DNA of 64,000 nucleotides. Origin: Bacteroidota bacterium. Its GTDB lineage: Bacteria; Bacteroidota; Bacteroidia; NS11-12g; UBA955. The first letter of the stretch is position 1. Every line of letters starts with the position of its first letter. The translations under genes and the position numbers were made by a program. Location of the stretch: the NCBI GenBank assembly GCA_040386935.1, contig JAZKEQ010000001.1:62232-126231 (forward strand). The letters run 5' to 3'. Under the pieces are notes generated by a model. It searched no databases. It was not told the origin of the DNA and worked only from the letters and a program-made list of their open reading frames with translations. This document shows positions 54,566 through 63,742 of the stretch, piece by piece.

Positions 54566-54706
54566 CCCCCGATAGCAGCGGCAGTGTGTAGCTATGCTGC
54601 CGTGGTGGTGGCCGCAGTAGCGGGGCGACCGGCAGGAAGCCCCCGATAATGCCAGCCAACACAGGCAAGCATACTGCACACTATAGCGGATAGCGGGATA
54701 AGGGCC
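54566..54706. other. GC-rich non-coding patch with TAGCGG-type short repeats
   Basis: cccccgata x2. gatagcagcgg / agtagcgggg / tatagcgga / gatagcggga. Stem CGGCAG-N12-CTGCCG. No ORF in any frame. Confidence 0.4.
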
Positions 54707-54717
54707 AATTAAAAAAA

Positions 54718-54733
54718 CCGACTAAACAGTCAA
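54718..54733. promoter_or_regulatory. CCGACTAAACAGTCAA, which is motif copy 5 in reverse orientation, upstream of the FMN reductase gene
   Basis: 62 nt upstream of the ATG at 54795 and 33 nt upstream of the -7 box. Confidence 0.45.
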
Positions 54734-54765
54734 TTTATTTATCTTTACTTCTGCCTGTATTTCGC

Positions 54766-54773
54766 TACATTTG
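54766..54773 (+). promoter_or_regulatory. -7 box TACATTTG
   Basis: 22 nt upstream of the ATG at 54795. Confidence 0.35.
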
Positions 54774-54794
54774 AAATCATATTCATAAACTATC

Positions 54795-55355
54795 ATGCCA
54801 CATATCGCCATAATTTCTGCCAGTGTTCGTATCGGTCGCCACAGCCACCGCGCAGCACTTTACTTTAAACAATACATTGAAGAACATCAACTGGCAACAG
54901 TAGAAATTCTGGATTTGAATGCTTATAACTTTCCAATATTTAACGAACGCCTGCGCCTACAACCGGCACCAGCTGCTAATGTGCTGGAATTTGCCGGGAA
55001 AATAAAAGCGGCCAATGGTGTCATTATTGTAACACCCGAATACAACGGTGGTTACCCTGCCAGTATAAAAAATGTGGTGGACCTGCTGTACGATGAATGG
55101 CATCGCAAACCCATTGCTATATCAACTGTTTCAGACGGTATGTTTGGCGGCACTCAGGTAATTACCTCATTGCAATTTTCGCTTTGGAAAATACGCGCAT
55201 GGACAGTGCCTGCCATGTTCCCTGTGCCTAAGGTGGGTGATATGTTCAATGAAGAAGGTGTTCCTGCTGATAAGACTGCAACAGATAAACGCGCTGCTAA
55301 TTTTATTGGTGAGTTGTTGTGGTGCATAGAAGCTGCACAACGTATGGCGAAGTAG
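54795..55355 (+). CDS. NADPH-dependent FMN reductase family protein
   Basis: 186 aa. MPHIAIISASVRIGRHSH... and IIVTPEYNGGYPASIKN are typical of this flavodoxin-like family. Confidence 0.85.
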   Translation: MPHIAIISASVRIGRHSHRAALYFKQYIEEHQLATVEILDLNAYNFPIFNERLRLQPAPAANVLEFAGKIKAANGVIIVTPEYNGGYPASIKNVVDLLYDEWHRKPIAISTVSDGMFGGTQVITSLQFSLWKIRAWTVPAMFPVPKVGDMFNEEGVPADKTATDKRAANFIGELLWCIEAAQRMAK

Positions 55356-55482
55356 ATGTATTATTTTGAAATAAGATTGCTTTAGGATTTTAGAACTCAA
55401 TTTTTGAAACTAGAATGCAAAAAAAATCAGAATAAAATTAATAATAAGTAAGCGCTGTATTTGATAATTTTATCAAAGTAAA

Positions 55483-55674
55483 TTGTTTTTCCACTTTTTG
55501 TTTGGGCAAAAAGTGGAGCAAACTTAGCCGTAGGCGTTCTCACGAGTACAGCGAGTAAAAGCCCACCACGAAAGAGAAATTTCAATGGCCTATCGCGCAG
55601 CCAACCTCCACTCGGGCCGGCCAAGAGAAATTTCACACCTTTCGTGGACTCATCCCGCAGATTCGTTTTCAAAA
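55483..55674 (-). repeat. About 185-nt repeat element, copy B (inverted relative to copy A)
   Basis: See copy A at 44288..44476. Confidence 0.85.
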
Positions 55675-55773
55675 TATAGGCACAACTAGGTTAGAAAATT
55701 TAATGTTTAAACATCATTTCTCTCTCCTATTGAAAGTGTTGATTTATAATATTTAAATCCAATTGACGACTGT

Positions 55774-57120
55774 TTACTCGAAGGTAAGGCTGTAATAATC
55801 TGACTTATTGAAGAACCGCATAATGAGCCAAATGGCCGCAAAGGTGAGACCGAAGATAAAGGCAAACCATATTCCCTGTATGCCCCACTCTAATTCAAAA
55901 CACAACCAGTAAGCACCCGGCACCATAATGACCCAATAAGAAACAAAGGCAATAATGCCTGTGATGCGCGTATCCTTTATACCTCGCAACACGCCAGCAG
56001 CAACCGCTTGGATGCCATCGCTCAACTGAAAAAATGCTGCCAGAAATAAGAGTTCTCGGGCCATATTGATGACTGCCACATCGTTGGTGTACATTTTGGG
56101 CAACTCGCCACTGAGCAACAAAAACATTAATGCGAATACACACTCAACTACCAAACTTAACAGAATGGCGGCAAAGCCTGCCTTGCGCACGCCCAGACGG
56201 TCGCGAGCACCATAAAAATTGCCCACCAATATATTGCCTCCGGTAGCAATGCCTGTAATGATCATATAGGTAACTGAAGCCAGATTAATCGCTATTTGAT
56301 GCGCTGCCAGATGCACTTCGCTGATCCATCCACACATGATGAGTGCCACTGTAAAAGCAGCCATTTCGAAAAAGAAGGTAAAGCCTATTGGCAATCCTGT
56401 GCGCAGTATGGCACGGTCGTAACTAATTTTCTCAATGACACGGGTTTTTAATTCCATGATGTAAGGATGGTACCAGGTCCAGCCCAACATGAGTATGGCC
56501 ATTACATAACGCGATATGGTGGTTGCCCATGCAGAACCGACAACACCCATTGGCGGGCATCCCCAGTTGCCGTATATCATCACCCAATTGAGCAATATGT
56601 TTAATCCTACACCTATAGCGGTAACAACCATTGATATCTGTGTTTTGCCCAGCCCGTCCATGGTTTGTTTGCCTGAGTTGTAAAACAACATAGCAGGTAC
56701 TGAGAAATTGACTACCCATAAGAAATCAGCACCCATGGCACTGACAGCTGCTGTTTGTTTGAACAGATCGAAATTGTATACAAAAAAAAGATTGACCCCA
56801 AATAATATGACACTCAATACCGCACTGATGCGGAGTGAAGAAATAAAAATGGGAATGCCTTGTTGTGGTCGTCCTTCACCATCGGCAATAGCCGTAAATG
56901 TACTAACCGCATACATGGCACCTACACCTATGAGCATGAATAAAAATGAAACAGCATTGCCTACACTGGCAGCTCCCATGGCATCTGTGCTCACTCTGCC
57001 CAACATTACCGTGTCAATAAGACCCATGAGTACCAGGCCTAATTGACCAATGGTAATAGGGTAAGCCAGTTTAGCGGTTTGTATGAACAGATTGCGATAT
57101 GTAGCGAGTTTTTTGAACAA
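55774..57120 (-). CDS. MATE-family efflux transporter
   Basis: 448 aa, 12 TM. N-terminus LAYPITIGQLGLVLMGLIDTVMLGR. Confidence 0.88.
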   Translation of the reverse strand: MFKKLATYRNLFIQTAKLAYPITIGQLGLVLMGLIDTVMLGRVSTDAMGAASVGNAVSFLFMLIGVGAMYAVSTFTAIADGEGRPQQGIPIFISSLRISAVLSVILFGVNLFFVYNFDLFKQTAAVSAMGADFLWVVNFSVPAMLFYNSGKQTMDGLGKTQISMVVTAIGVGLNILLNWVMIYGNWGCPPMGVVGSAWATTISRYVMAILMLGWTWYHPYIMELKTRVIEKISYDRAILRTGLPIGFTFFFEMAAFTVALIMCGWISEVHLAAHQIAINLASVTYMIITGIATGGNILVGNFYGARDRLGVRKAGFAAILLSLVVECVFALMFLLLSGELPKMYTNDVAVINMARELLFLAAFFQLSDGIQAVAAGVLRGIKDTRITGIIAFVSYWVIMVPGAYWLCFELEWGIQGIWFAFIFGLTFAAIWLIMRFFNKSDYYSLTFE

Positions 57121-57260
57121 AAGGATGCAAAAATAGGGGTAATCCCTTGAGAGTCCATATCAAGTTTATCTATTCATATCATAAAGTATGCTGATGAATG
57201 CGGCTAAATACTTCTTTTTATTTTTTGTAAAACAGTACTTTTTTGAGAAATTTTAAATTG

Positions 57261-57268
57261 TATATTTG
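57261..57268 (+). promoter_or_regulatory. -7 box TATATTTG
   Basis: 10 nt upstream of the small ORF ATG at 57278. Confidence 0.3.
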
Positions 57269-57277
57269 CAGCATATT

Positions 57278-57430
57278 ATGACTGAGAAAAAATCAAAATT
57301 CGGCTATTGGATGCTCTTTTTAGTATCATTGGTAATAATCACTTTGCTGACGATTTACCTACCTGAAGCTTTCTGGTTAGCACTACCTACTACGGTTGGT
57401 GGTTTTGCCATGGCAATGGACTGGATTTAA
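57278..57430 (+). CDS. Small (50-aa) 2-TM membrane protein, below the ORF-track cutoff
   Basis: MTEKKSKFGYWMLFLVSLVIITLLTIYLPEAFWLALPTTVGGFAMAMDWI. Followed by a strong terminator. Confidence 0.45.
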   Translation: MTEKKSKFGYWMLFLVSLVIITLLTIYLPEAFWLALPTTVGGFAMAMDWI

Positions 57431-57444
57431 ACCAATATTTTATT

Positions 57445-57496
57445 AAAAAGCCAATGTCACACTTCGTCAGGCTCAGTGTGACATTGGCTTTTTTTA
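57445..57496. terminator. Bidirectional rho-independent terminator
   Basis: AAAAAGCCAATGTCACACT-11 nt-AGTGTGACATTGGCTTTTTTT, between convergent genes. Confidence 0.8.
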
Positions 57497-57506
57497 TGCC
57501 TTAAAT

Positions 57507-57932
57507 TTACTTGTCAAGATTTTTTCGAAGGTGAAATCCCAACATGGTGTACCCGCGCCTGAACCAAAACTTCAGTCCTTTTTGATTGCCTATGTAGCAA
57601 TTCAGTTCTAAGGCCACACAACCTTCTTTTACAGCGTACTCCTCTATCCACTGCATCATCAATTCACCCAATTGTTTATTTCTGTATTCGGGTAATATCA
57701 CCACATTATCGGGCTCGATATGTTTGCCAATGTAATGCTTGCACAATATCCAGAATCCACAAATACCTACGAGTTGTTGCTCATCGCAAACACCTATGCA
57801 GTGATAGTTATACGCCTTCATATCATTGAGGCGCTGACTTAAAATGGCATCATCTGTTCCGGGATTTAACAACCTTAACAAGGGTATGATATCCCCCAGC
57901 TTTTCTTCAGGTATGATCTGAACACTGTACAT
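57507..57932 (-). CDS. GNAT-family N-acetyltransferase
   Basis: 141 aa. VVILPEYRNKQLGELMM motif A. Confidence 0.8.
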   Translation of the reverse strand: MYSVQIIPEEKLGDIIPLLRLLNPGTDDAILSQRLNDMKAYNYHCIGVCDEQQLVGICGFWILCKHYIGKHIEPDNVVILPEYRNKQLGELMMQWIEEYAVKEGCVALELNCYIGNQKGLKFWFRRGYTMLGFHLRKNLDK

Positions 57933-57966
57933 AAAAAAGAAAATTTTATATCAATTCAAACGGGTA

Positions 57967-58557
57967 CTAAAGCACTTTCAAGCCTTGCTTGATCAGGTCT
58001 TCAACACTCATTTGAATTTTGTTGTTGTTGGTTAATTTCAACAGCGCCTTCTCTGCCGCATTACGCTGAAATCCTAGTGCCTGTAAGGCCAGTAATGCTT
58101 CTTCAAACGTTTTATTGGCTTGCGATGGCATGGCGGCCATTTCGGCAGGTGTGCCCATGCGTCCCATTTTATCCTGCAGTTCGAGAATAATGCGTTGAGC
58201 TGTTTTAGGACCAACACCTTTCACTGCTTTCAACATGGCGATATTACCTGTGCTGATGGCACTGATAATTTCTGTAGGCGACTGACCACTCAATATCATG
58301 CGGGCGGTATTGGTACCTACCCCATTCACTGAAATCAATTGCTTGAATAACTGTCGCTCTATCTCATCAAAAAAACCGTAGATGTAATGACCATCTTCCT
58401 TGATAGCAAGGTAAGTCAATACACGCGCCTGTTTCAGGGTTTTTAATTTCTCGTAAGTATTGATACTGATTTGCAAGTGATAACCGATGCCATTGGCATT
58501 GATAACCACAAAAGCGGGATTGGCATGCTCTACTGTTCCTTCTATAAATTCGTACAT
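57967..58557 (-). CDS. ruvA: Holliday-junction DNA helicase subunit RuvA
   Basis: 196 aa. MYEFIEGTV...GIGY..., LISVNGVGTNTARMILS, VKGVGPKTAQRIILEL (HhH motifs). Confidence 0.93.
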   Translation of the reverse strand: MYEFIEGTVEHANPAFVVINANGIGYHLQISINTYEKLKTLKQARVLTYLAIKEDGHYIYGFFDEIERQLFKQLISVNGVGTNTARMILSGQSPTEIISAISTGNIAMLKAVKGVGPKTAQRIILELQDKMGRMGTPAEMAAMPSQANKTFEEALLALQALGFQRNAAEKALLKLTNNNKIQMSVEDLIKQGLKVL

Positions 58558-58564
58558 AGACGGA

Positions 58565-59653
58565 TTATATCAAAACTTTATCAGGTGTTCTGGCTGTTTG
58601 CAAAGGCATCATCCAGTTAAATTTATCAGGAATGCTATGTGTGCGAATATCGCTCAGTTTTGCCTTAACGGTATTGCCCAATAATTCGATTGAAGTATCC
58701 ATTTGATAACTATTGCCTTTGTAGGCAAATAATTCAATATTGGTAATAGTAGCAGCGGTTCCTGTTACAAACATTTCGCGCAACGCCCCTTGTTTGTGCC
58801 ACTCTATCAGTTCATTCACACTGATGTGTTTTTCAACTACTGTTTTACCCATGTCTTTCAATAATTCAATCACCGACTTACGTGTAATACCGGCCAGTAA
58901 AGAATCTGTCAATTCAGGTGTATAAACAGTATCGTTTGTAATTACAAATACATTGCTGGTACCTGTTTCTTCGAGGAAAGTATGGGTCTCGCCATCAGTC
59001 CACAATACCTGATCAAAACCGGCTTGTTGAGCCAGTTTAGTTGGATACATGGCTGCTGCATAGTTGCCGGCACATTTGGCAGCACCTACACCGCCTTTAG
59101 CGCCACGGGTATATTGCTCTTCAACTTTAACTTTTAAATGATGGTTGTAATAAGCATTCACCGGACAAGCATACACCATAAAGCTGTATGTTTCACTTTG
59201 TTTAACACCTAAAAAATCATCGGTTGCAAACATGAAAGGGCGAATGTAAAGTGAACTTCCTGGAATTGATGGAATCCAATCTTTATCTAAATCTACCAGG
59301 CAATGCAAGCCTTCCATGAATATATCTTCAGGTAATTGCGGCATGCACATTCTTTCAGCAGAACTGTTCAGACGATTTAAATTTTCTATGGGTCTAAAAA
59401 ATGACACTTTTCCCTCAGGTGTTTTAAACGCTTTCATCCCTTCAAATATGGCCTGACCGTAGTGCAAAGCCGATAAAGTTGGACTGAGGGGAATCTTGCC
59501 AAATGGCTCTATTCTAGGCTTCTGCCACTTCCCATCGATATAGTCGCAAATAAACATGTGATCGGTAAAAACTTTACCGAAAACTATATTTTGAGGGTCA
59601 AGTGAAGAAATTCTTGAATGTTCTACTTGATTTATTGTAATTTCGAGGCTCAT
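58565..59653 (-). CDS. ilvE: Branched-chain amino acid aminotransferase
   Basis: 362 aa. HYGQAIFEGMKAF, AKCAGNYAA, E.TGTSNVF, SLLAGITR. Confidence 0.9.
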   Translation of the reverse strand: MSLEITINQVEHSRISSLDPQNIVFGKVFTDHMFICDYIDGKWQKPRIEPFGKIPLSPTLSALHYGQAIFEGMKAFKTPEGKVSFFRPIENLNRLNSSAERMCMPQLPEDIFMEGLHCLVDLDKDWIPSIPGSSLYIRPFMFATDDFLGVKQSETYSFMVYACPVNAYYNHHLKVKVEEQYTRGAKGGVGAAKCAGNYAAAMYPTKLAQQAGFDQVLWTDGETHTFLEETGTSNVFVITNDTVYTPELTDSLLAGITRKSVIELLKDMGKTVVEKHISVNELIEWHKQGALREMFVTGTAATITNIELFAYKGNSYQMDTSIELLGNTVKAKLSDIRTHSIPDKFNWMMPLQTARTPDKVLI

Positions 59654-59678
59654 TTCGAATGCAAATAAACATATTTTA

Positions 59679-60179
59679 ATGGAGGAAAAGCTAATTATAC
59701 CCGAAAATTTTCCCGAACTTATAAACCTGTTTGTAGGTGATGAGTTTTATATGGTGAAGGAAATTGTGAATTACGACACCGTGAAGAGTGAGGGTGGCAA
59801 TAAATATCGCTTTCTCCACATCATGCGTCACGATGAAGCCGGATTAATTCCGGAAGCCCAACGCGATTTTTTCTTTAAAATGGTGAATGCCATTCGCACC
59901 GATAAAGTTTCGATGGATGCCGATGGTTTTGCAGTCATCAATATCACTGATTATCCGGGCCTGACATGGAAAAATATCGAAAAACTATTCAGCCCGAAAT
60001 GCTGTATTTTTTGGGGTGTTGATCCCATGGAAATGGAAATCGTCTGCCACAAATACAGCGGTGCCTTGCTCAATGAATGCAAAATTGTTTATGTCGATAA
60101 CATTGCCACCATCAGTACAAGCGATGAATTAAAACCACAACTGTGGCGATTAGTAAAACGTTTGTTTGGCATGCCTTAA
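59679..60179 (+). CDS. Hypothetical protein
   Basis: 166 aa. Compact spacing with rdgB. No family recognised. Confidence 0.6.
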   Translation: MEEKLIIPENFPELINLFVGDEFYMVKEIVNYDTVKSEGGNKYRFLHIMRHDEAGLIPEAQRDFFFKMVNAIRTDKVSMDADGFAVINITDYPGLTWKNIEKLFSPKCCIFWGVDPMEMEIVCHKYSGALLNECKIVYVDNIATISTSDELKPQLWRLVKRLFGMP

Positions 60180-60194
60180 TCATTCAAAAATTGT

Positions 60195-60770
60195 ATGGAT
60201 CTGATATTCGCAAGTCACAATCAAAATAAACTGGAAGAAATAAAAGCCATGTTGCCTGCAGGCATTACTCTGCGCAGCTTAAATGATATTGGTTTTAAAA
60301 CCGAGATAGAAGAAACCGGCAATACATTTAAAGCCAATGCTGCATTGAAAGCACAAGCGGTTTTCGATGCTACTGGATACGCTTGTTTTGCAGACGATAG
60401 CGGTTTAATGGTAGAAGCGTTACAAGGTGAGCCCGGTGTAAGAAGTGCCCGCTATGCAGGAGAACCTGTGAACAATACGGCCAATATTCAAAAAGTATTA
60501 CAGGGCATAGAGTCCCAGCCCAACAGAGCTGCCGCATTTGTTACTGTTATTTGTTTAAAAACAAAAGAAGGTGATTATTTTTTTGAAGGCAGAGTGAAGG
60601 GTCAGATTACCATGGCGCCTATTGGTCACAACGGATTTGGCTACGACCCTATTTTCAGACCCATGGGTGATAGTCGCACATTTGCCGAAATGTCTGCAGA
60701 CGAAAAAAATGCCATCAGTCATAGAAAAATGGCTTTAAAAAAAATGATAGAATTTTTAGCAGCCCGCTAA
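60195..60770 (+). CDS. rdgB: Non-canonical purine NTP pyrophosphatase (XTP/dITP diphosphatase)
   Basis: 191 aa. FASHNQNKLEE, ETG.TF..NA..KA, DDSGL.V.AL.G.PGV.SARYAG, GFGYDPIF, ISHR. Confidence 0.9.
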   Translation: MDLIFASHNQNKLEEIKAMLPAGITLRSLNDIGFKTEIEETGNTFKANAALKAQAVFDATGYACFADDSGLMVEALQGEPGVRSARYAGEPVNNTANIQKVLQGIESQPNRAAAFVTVICLKTKEGDYFFEGRVKGQITMAPIGHNGFGYDPIFRPMGDSRTFAEMSADEKNAISHRKMALKKMIEFLAAR

Positions 60771-60777
60771 TACAACA

Positions 60778-61971
60778 ATGGGAATAGAAACAATTCAAAT
60801 ACAGGATTACGACTACGAATTACCATTGACCCATATTGCTCAGCAAGCGCTTGAGCCAAGAGACAGTTCAAAATTATTGTACTATCAAAATGGCACAATT
60901 ACCGATGGTATTTTCAGAGACATTGCCAATTATTTACCTGCAGATGCTTCTTTGTTTTACAACGATGCAAAAGTCATTCCTGCACGTATTTTCTGTCAGA
61001 CAAAAAGCAGTGCGGGCATAGAAGTTTTTTTATTACAACCTGCCCTTGCCGATTATTTCACCACACTGAATGCCACATCTGCCTGTTATTGGGAATGCCT
61101 GATAGGCAACAAAAAAAAATGGAAACAGGATGAGGTTTTGATCATTCAATTTGAATACAAATCATCCCCTACAACTGTAGAATTACACTGGCACAACAGA
61201 GAAGAAAATATTGTACAACTTCAATGGTCGGCACAACTTAAAATGGTGGATATATTGGAATACATCGGTCACATGCCTTTGCCGCCATATATCAAACGCG
61301 ATGCAGATGATTTCGACAAACAGCGTTACCAAACAGTGTATTCAGCCAACAGCGGCTCAGTTGCAGCACCTACAGCCGGCTTGCATTTCACTGAATCAGT
61401 AATGGCCAATGTGCGCGCAAAAGGCATTGCATTGTCGGCATTAACACTGCATGTGAGTGCCGGTACTTTTTTACCTGTGAGTGCTGAAAAAGCAGTGGAC
61501 CACACCATGCACAAAGAATACTTTTCTATTTCTTTTGAACTGCTGCAATCGCTTAAAGCATCAAAAAAAACCATTGCTGTGGGCACTACAAGTGTAAGGG
61601 TGATGGAGAGTTTATACTGGTGTGCTGTTAAACTAAAAGCAGGAGATGCAGAGCCATTTATTATAGACAAACTAACACCTTATACAACCGATACAAAATT
61701 AACCGCTAGTGAGGCTTTGGAGATATTGGAACAATACATGATTGAAAGTGAATCAATCAATTTAGTCGGCAGCACGTCTATTATGATAATGCCCGGTTAT
61801 GATTTTAAATTTGTGAAAGGATTGGTCACTAATTTTCACCAACCAAAATCAACACTTATTTTATTAATTGCAGCTTTCATAGGACCGGAATGGCGCAACA
61901 TTTACCAACATGCGTTGGCTAACAATTATCGATTCTTAAGCTATGGCGACAGCTCTTTGTTGCTGAGATAG
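60778..61971 (+). CDS. queA: S-adenosylmethionine:tRNA ribosyltransferase-isomerase
   Basis: 397 aa. DYDYELPLTHIAQQALEPRDSSKLL, PLPPYIKR, YQTVYS...GSVAAPTAGLHFT, RFLSYGDSSLL. Confidence 0.9.
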   Translation: MGIETIQIQDYDYELPLTHIAQQALEPRDSSKLLYYQNGTITDGIFRDIANYLPADASLFYNDAKVIPARIFCQTKSSAGIEVFLLQPALADYFTTLNATSACYWECLIGNKKKWKQDEVLIIQFEYKSSPTTVELHWHNREENIVQLQWSAQLKMVDILEYIGHMPLPPYIKRDADDFDKQRYQTVYSANSGSVAAPTAGLHFTESVMANVRAKGIALSALTLHVSAGTFLPVSAEKAVDHTMHKEYFSISFELLQSLKASKKTIAVGTTSVRVMESLYWCAVKLKAGDAEPFIIDKLTPYTTDTKLTASEALEILEQYMIESESINLVGSTSIMIMPGYDFKFVKGLVTNFHQPKSTLILLIAAFIGPEWRNIYQHALANNYRFLSYGDSSLLLR

Positions 61972-61979
61972 TGATAGGT

Positions 61980-62525
61980 TTAATCCTCTATCTTGATATA
62001 AACATCTTCCTTCTTGTCGCACAAGAAACTGAGGTCTTTGTATTTTTCAAGAAATGCTTTCAATTCAGCAGAAGTGGCAAATTTTTCACTAATATTTTCT
62101 GACAAGGGTTGCAGTGTTACTTTGGTATAATCATCATTGTGCAACATTCGGTAAATATAGTATTCCTTTACAGCTACTTCTTTGCCTTTGTCATTCTTTT
62201 CTTTTTTCTCGGTCCAGTCTTCATTCACTTCATATACCTGAAGAAAATCAACCTCTCCTATTTTTGAAATAAACGCTTTGTATTTTCCGCCTTCATCATA
62301 TGAAGTTTCGCTAGCCTTTTTGTTAATTCGCATTACAAAATCACCTTCTTTTTTTATGACAAATTTATTGGCATTTTCATTGCTGGTTTCTATCTCCCAG
62401 GTAGAGATCAAACCTGAAGGTACATTAACAGACGGCTCGTCTATTGTTACGGTTGATTCGTAAGGACAGCCCATCAGAACAATACAGGCCATCAACAATC
62501 CAAAGGAATAAACTACTTTTTTCAT
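61980..62525 (-). CDS. Hypothetical lipoprotein
   Basis: MKKVVYSFGLLMACIVLMGC lipobox. I prefer the start at 62525 over the track's 62564. Confidence 0.6.
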   Translation of the reverse strand: MKKVVYSFGLLMACIVLMGCPYESTVTIDEPSVNVPSGLISTWEIETSNENANKFVIKKEGDFVMRINKKASETSYDEGGKYKAFISKIGEVDFLQVYEVNEDWTEKKEKNDKGKEVAVKEYYIYRMLHNDDYTKVTLQPLSENISEKFATSAELKAFLEKYKDLSFLCDKKEDVYIKIED

Positions 62526-62594
62526 ATGCTTATTTGGTACAACAAAGATGGAAAATAAATTCAATAATACAAGTGTAATGCAGGATTCACTTAT

Positions 62595-63122
62595 TTACTG
62601 TTTCACTCCTGTTTTAATGCCGTAGTTGGAATAAATGTTAATTTTCACTTCATTCGTAAGAGTTTCATCAGTTACAACCTTCAGTTTTACAGTGAATGTT
62701 TTTTGCCTGATATAATCTTTTAAATTTTCTGAAGTTGGCTGTAGTTCAAGCACGCTACCGATATCATCTGCTACATTGGTTTGTGATGCAATGAGTTTTT
62801 CATCCATACCATCAGCCTGAATGTACAGATAAACATCCTTTAGAAATGAGAATGATTTATTAGAGGGAGAAGTAATGGTTGTTTTCAGATTATTCAGATA
62901 CACACTTTTTATCAGAGATAAATTGCTGTTGCGTCCCTCAAATTCGGATTCAGAATTGGTTGTAACAGGTGGTGTAAAAACTTCAAAAGGCAAATTTACA
63001 GGTGCAGTAGGACTGATAGTCGCCTGGCTGTTATAGGACAAATCAAATGTTGTGGTTTTCCCGTCTTTACTACACGACAGACCTATCACACACAATAACA
63101 AGAAAAGAGAAAATTGCTTCAT
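62595..63122 (-). CDS. Hypothetical lipoprotein (paralog of 63166..63711)
   Basis: 175 aa with lipobox VIGLSC. Shared layout ...LKDYIRQKTFTVKLKV... versus ...LRDYLRKDNFQMVVKY... Confidence 0.6.
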   Translation of the reverse strand: MKQFSLFLLLCVIGLSCSKDGKTTTFDLSYNSQATISPTAPVNLPFEVFTPPVTTNSESEFEGRNSNLSLIKSVYLNNLKTTITSPSNKSFSFLKDVYLYIQADGMDEKLIASQTNVADDIGSVLELQPTSENLKDYIRQKTFTVKLKVVTDETLTNEVKINIYSNYGIKTGVKQ

Positions 63123-63165
63123 AGTTTTAGTCGAAGCAAATTTAAATAAAATTTTCAGTAATTAC

Positions 63166-63711
63166 TTAAAGCGGATCTGCTAAAATCTTGAATTTACCTG
63201 TGATATAAAATGGCAATTGATGAGGCATGGCCCTTTTTTTCCTGTATTTGACGACCATCTGAAAATTATCCTTACGCAAATAATCTCTCAACTCTGTGCC
63301 CAATACATCCAAATAAAGGACTTTAACCCTCGTATTGGGAATAGTAATTTTTTGTGCAACAAGCTCAGTACCCACATCCACATTTTTTATTGACAAATAA
63401 ATTTCTTTGATATCGTTGAAATTGCAATGATTAGCAGAATCGTAAAATGCATAATCAGCTGTTTGTATTCTCAATGATGTGAGATGTGCCGATTTAATGA
63501 GATTTTTATTGGTTAAATCGCTTTCTAAATCAATTGTGAATGATATCGTTTCCCTTACGATTAATGAGTCGACATTCAAAGTATCTATCTCCATGACTTC
63601 AGGAAAAAAAATCGGGTAGTCCAGCTCTATTTCCGATTTGGATTTATCTTTTTTACACGACAAAAACTGTGTCGCAATAAAAACAAACAGTATCCACTTG
63701 AAAGACTTCAT
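63166..63711 (-). CDS. Hypothetical lipoprotein (paralog of 62595..63122)
   Basis: 181 aa with lipobox TQFLSC. Confidence 0.6.
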   Translation of the reverse strand: MKSFKWILFVFIATQFLSCKKDKSKSEIELDYPIFFPEVMEIDTLNVDSLIVRETISFTIDLESDLTNKNLIKSAHLTSLRIQTADYAFYDSANHCNFNDIKEIYLSIKNVDVGTELVAQKITIPNTRVKVLYLDVLGTELRDYLRKDNFQMVVKYRKKRAMPHQLPFYITGKFKILADPL

Positions 63712-63742
63712 TTTTTCAAAGATAGCTAACTAAATTGTCATT

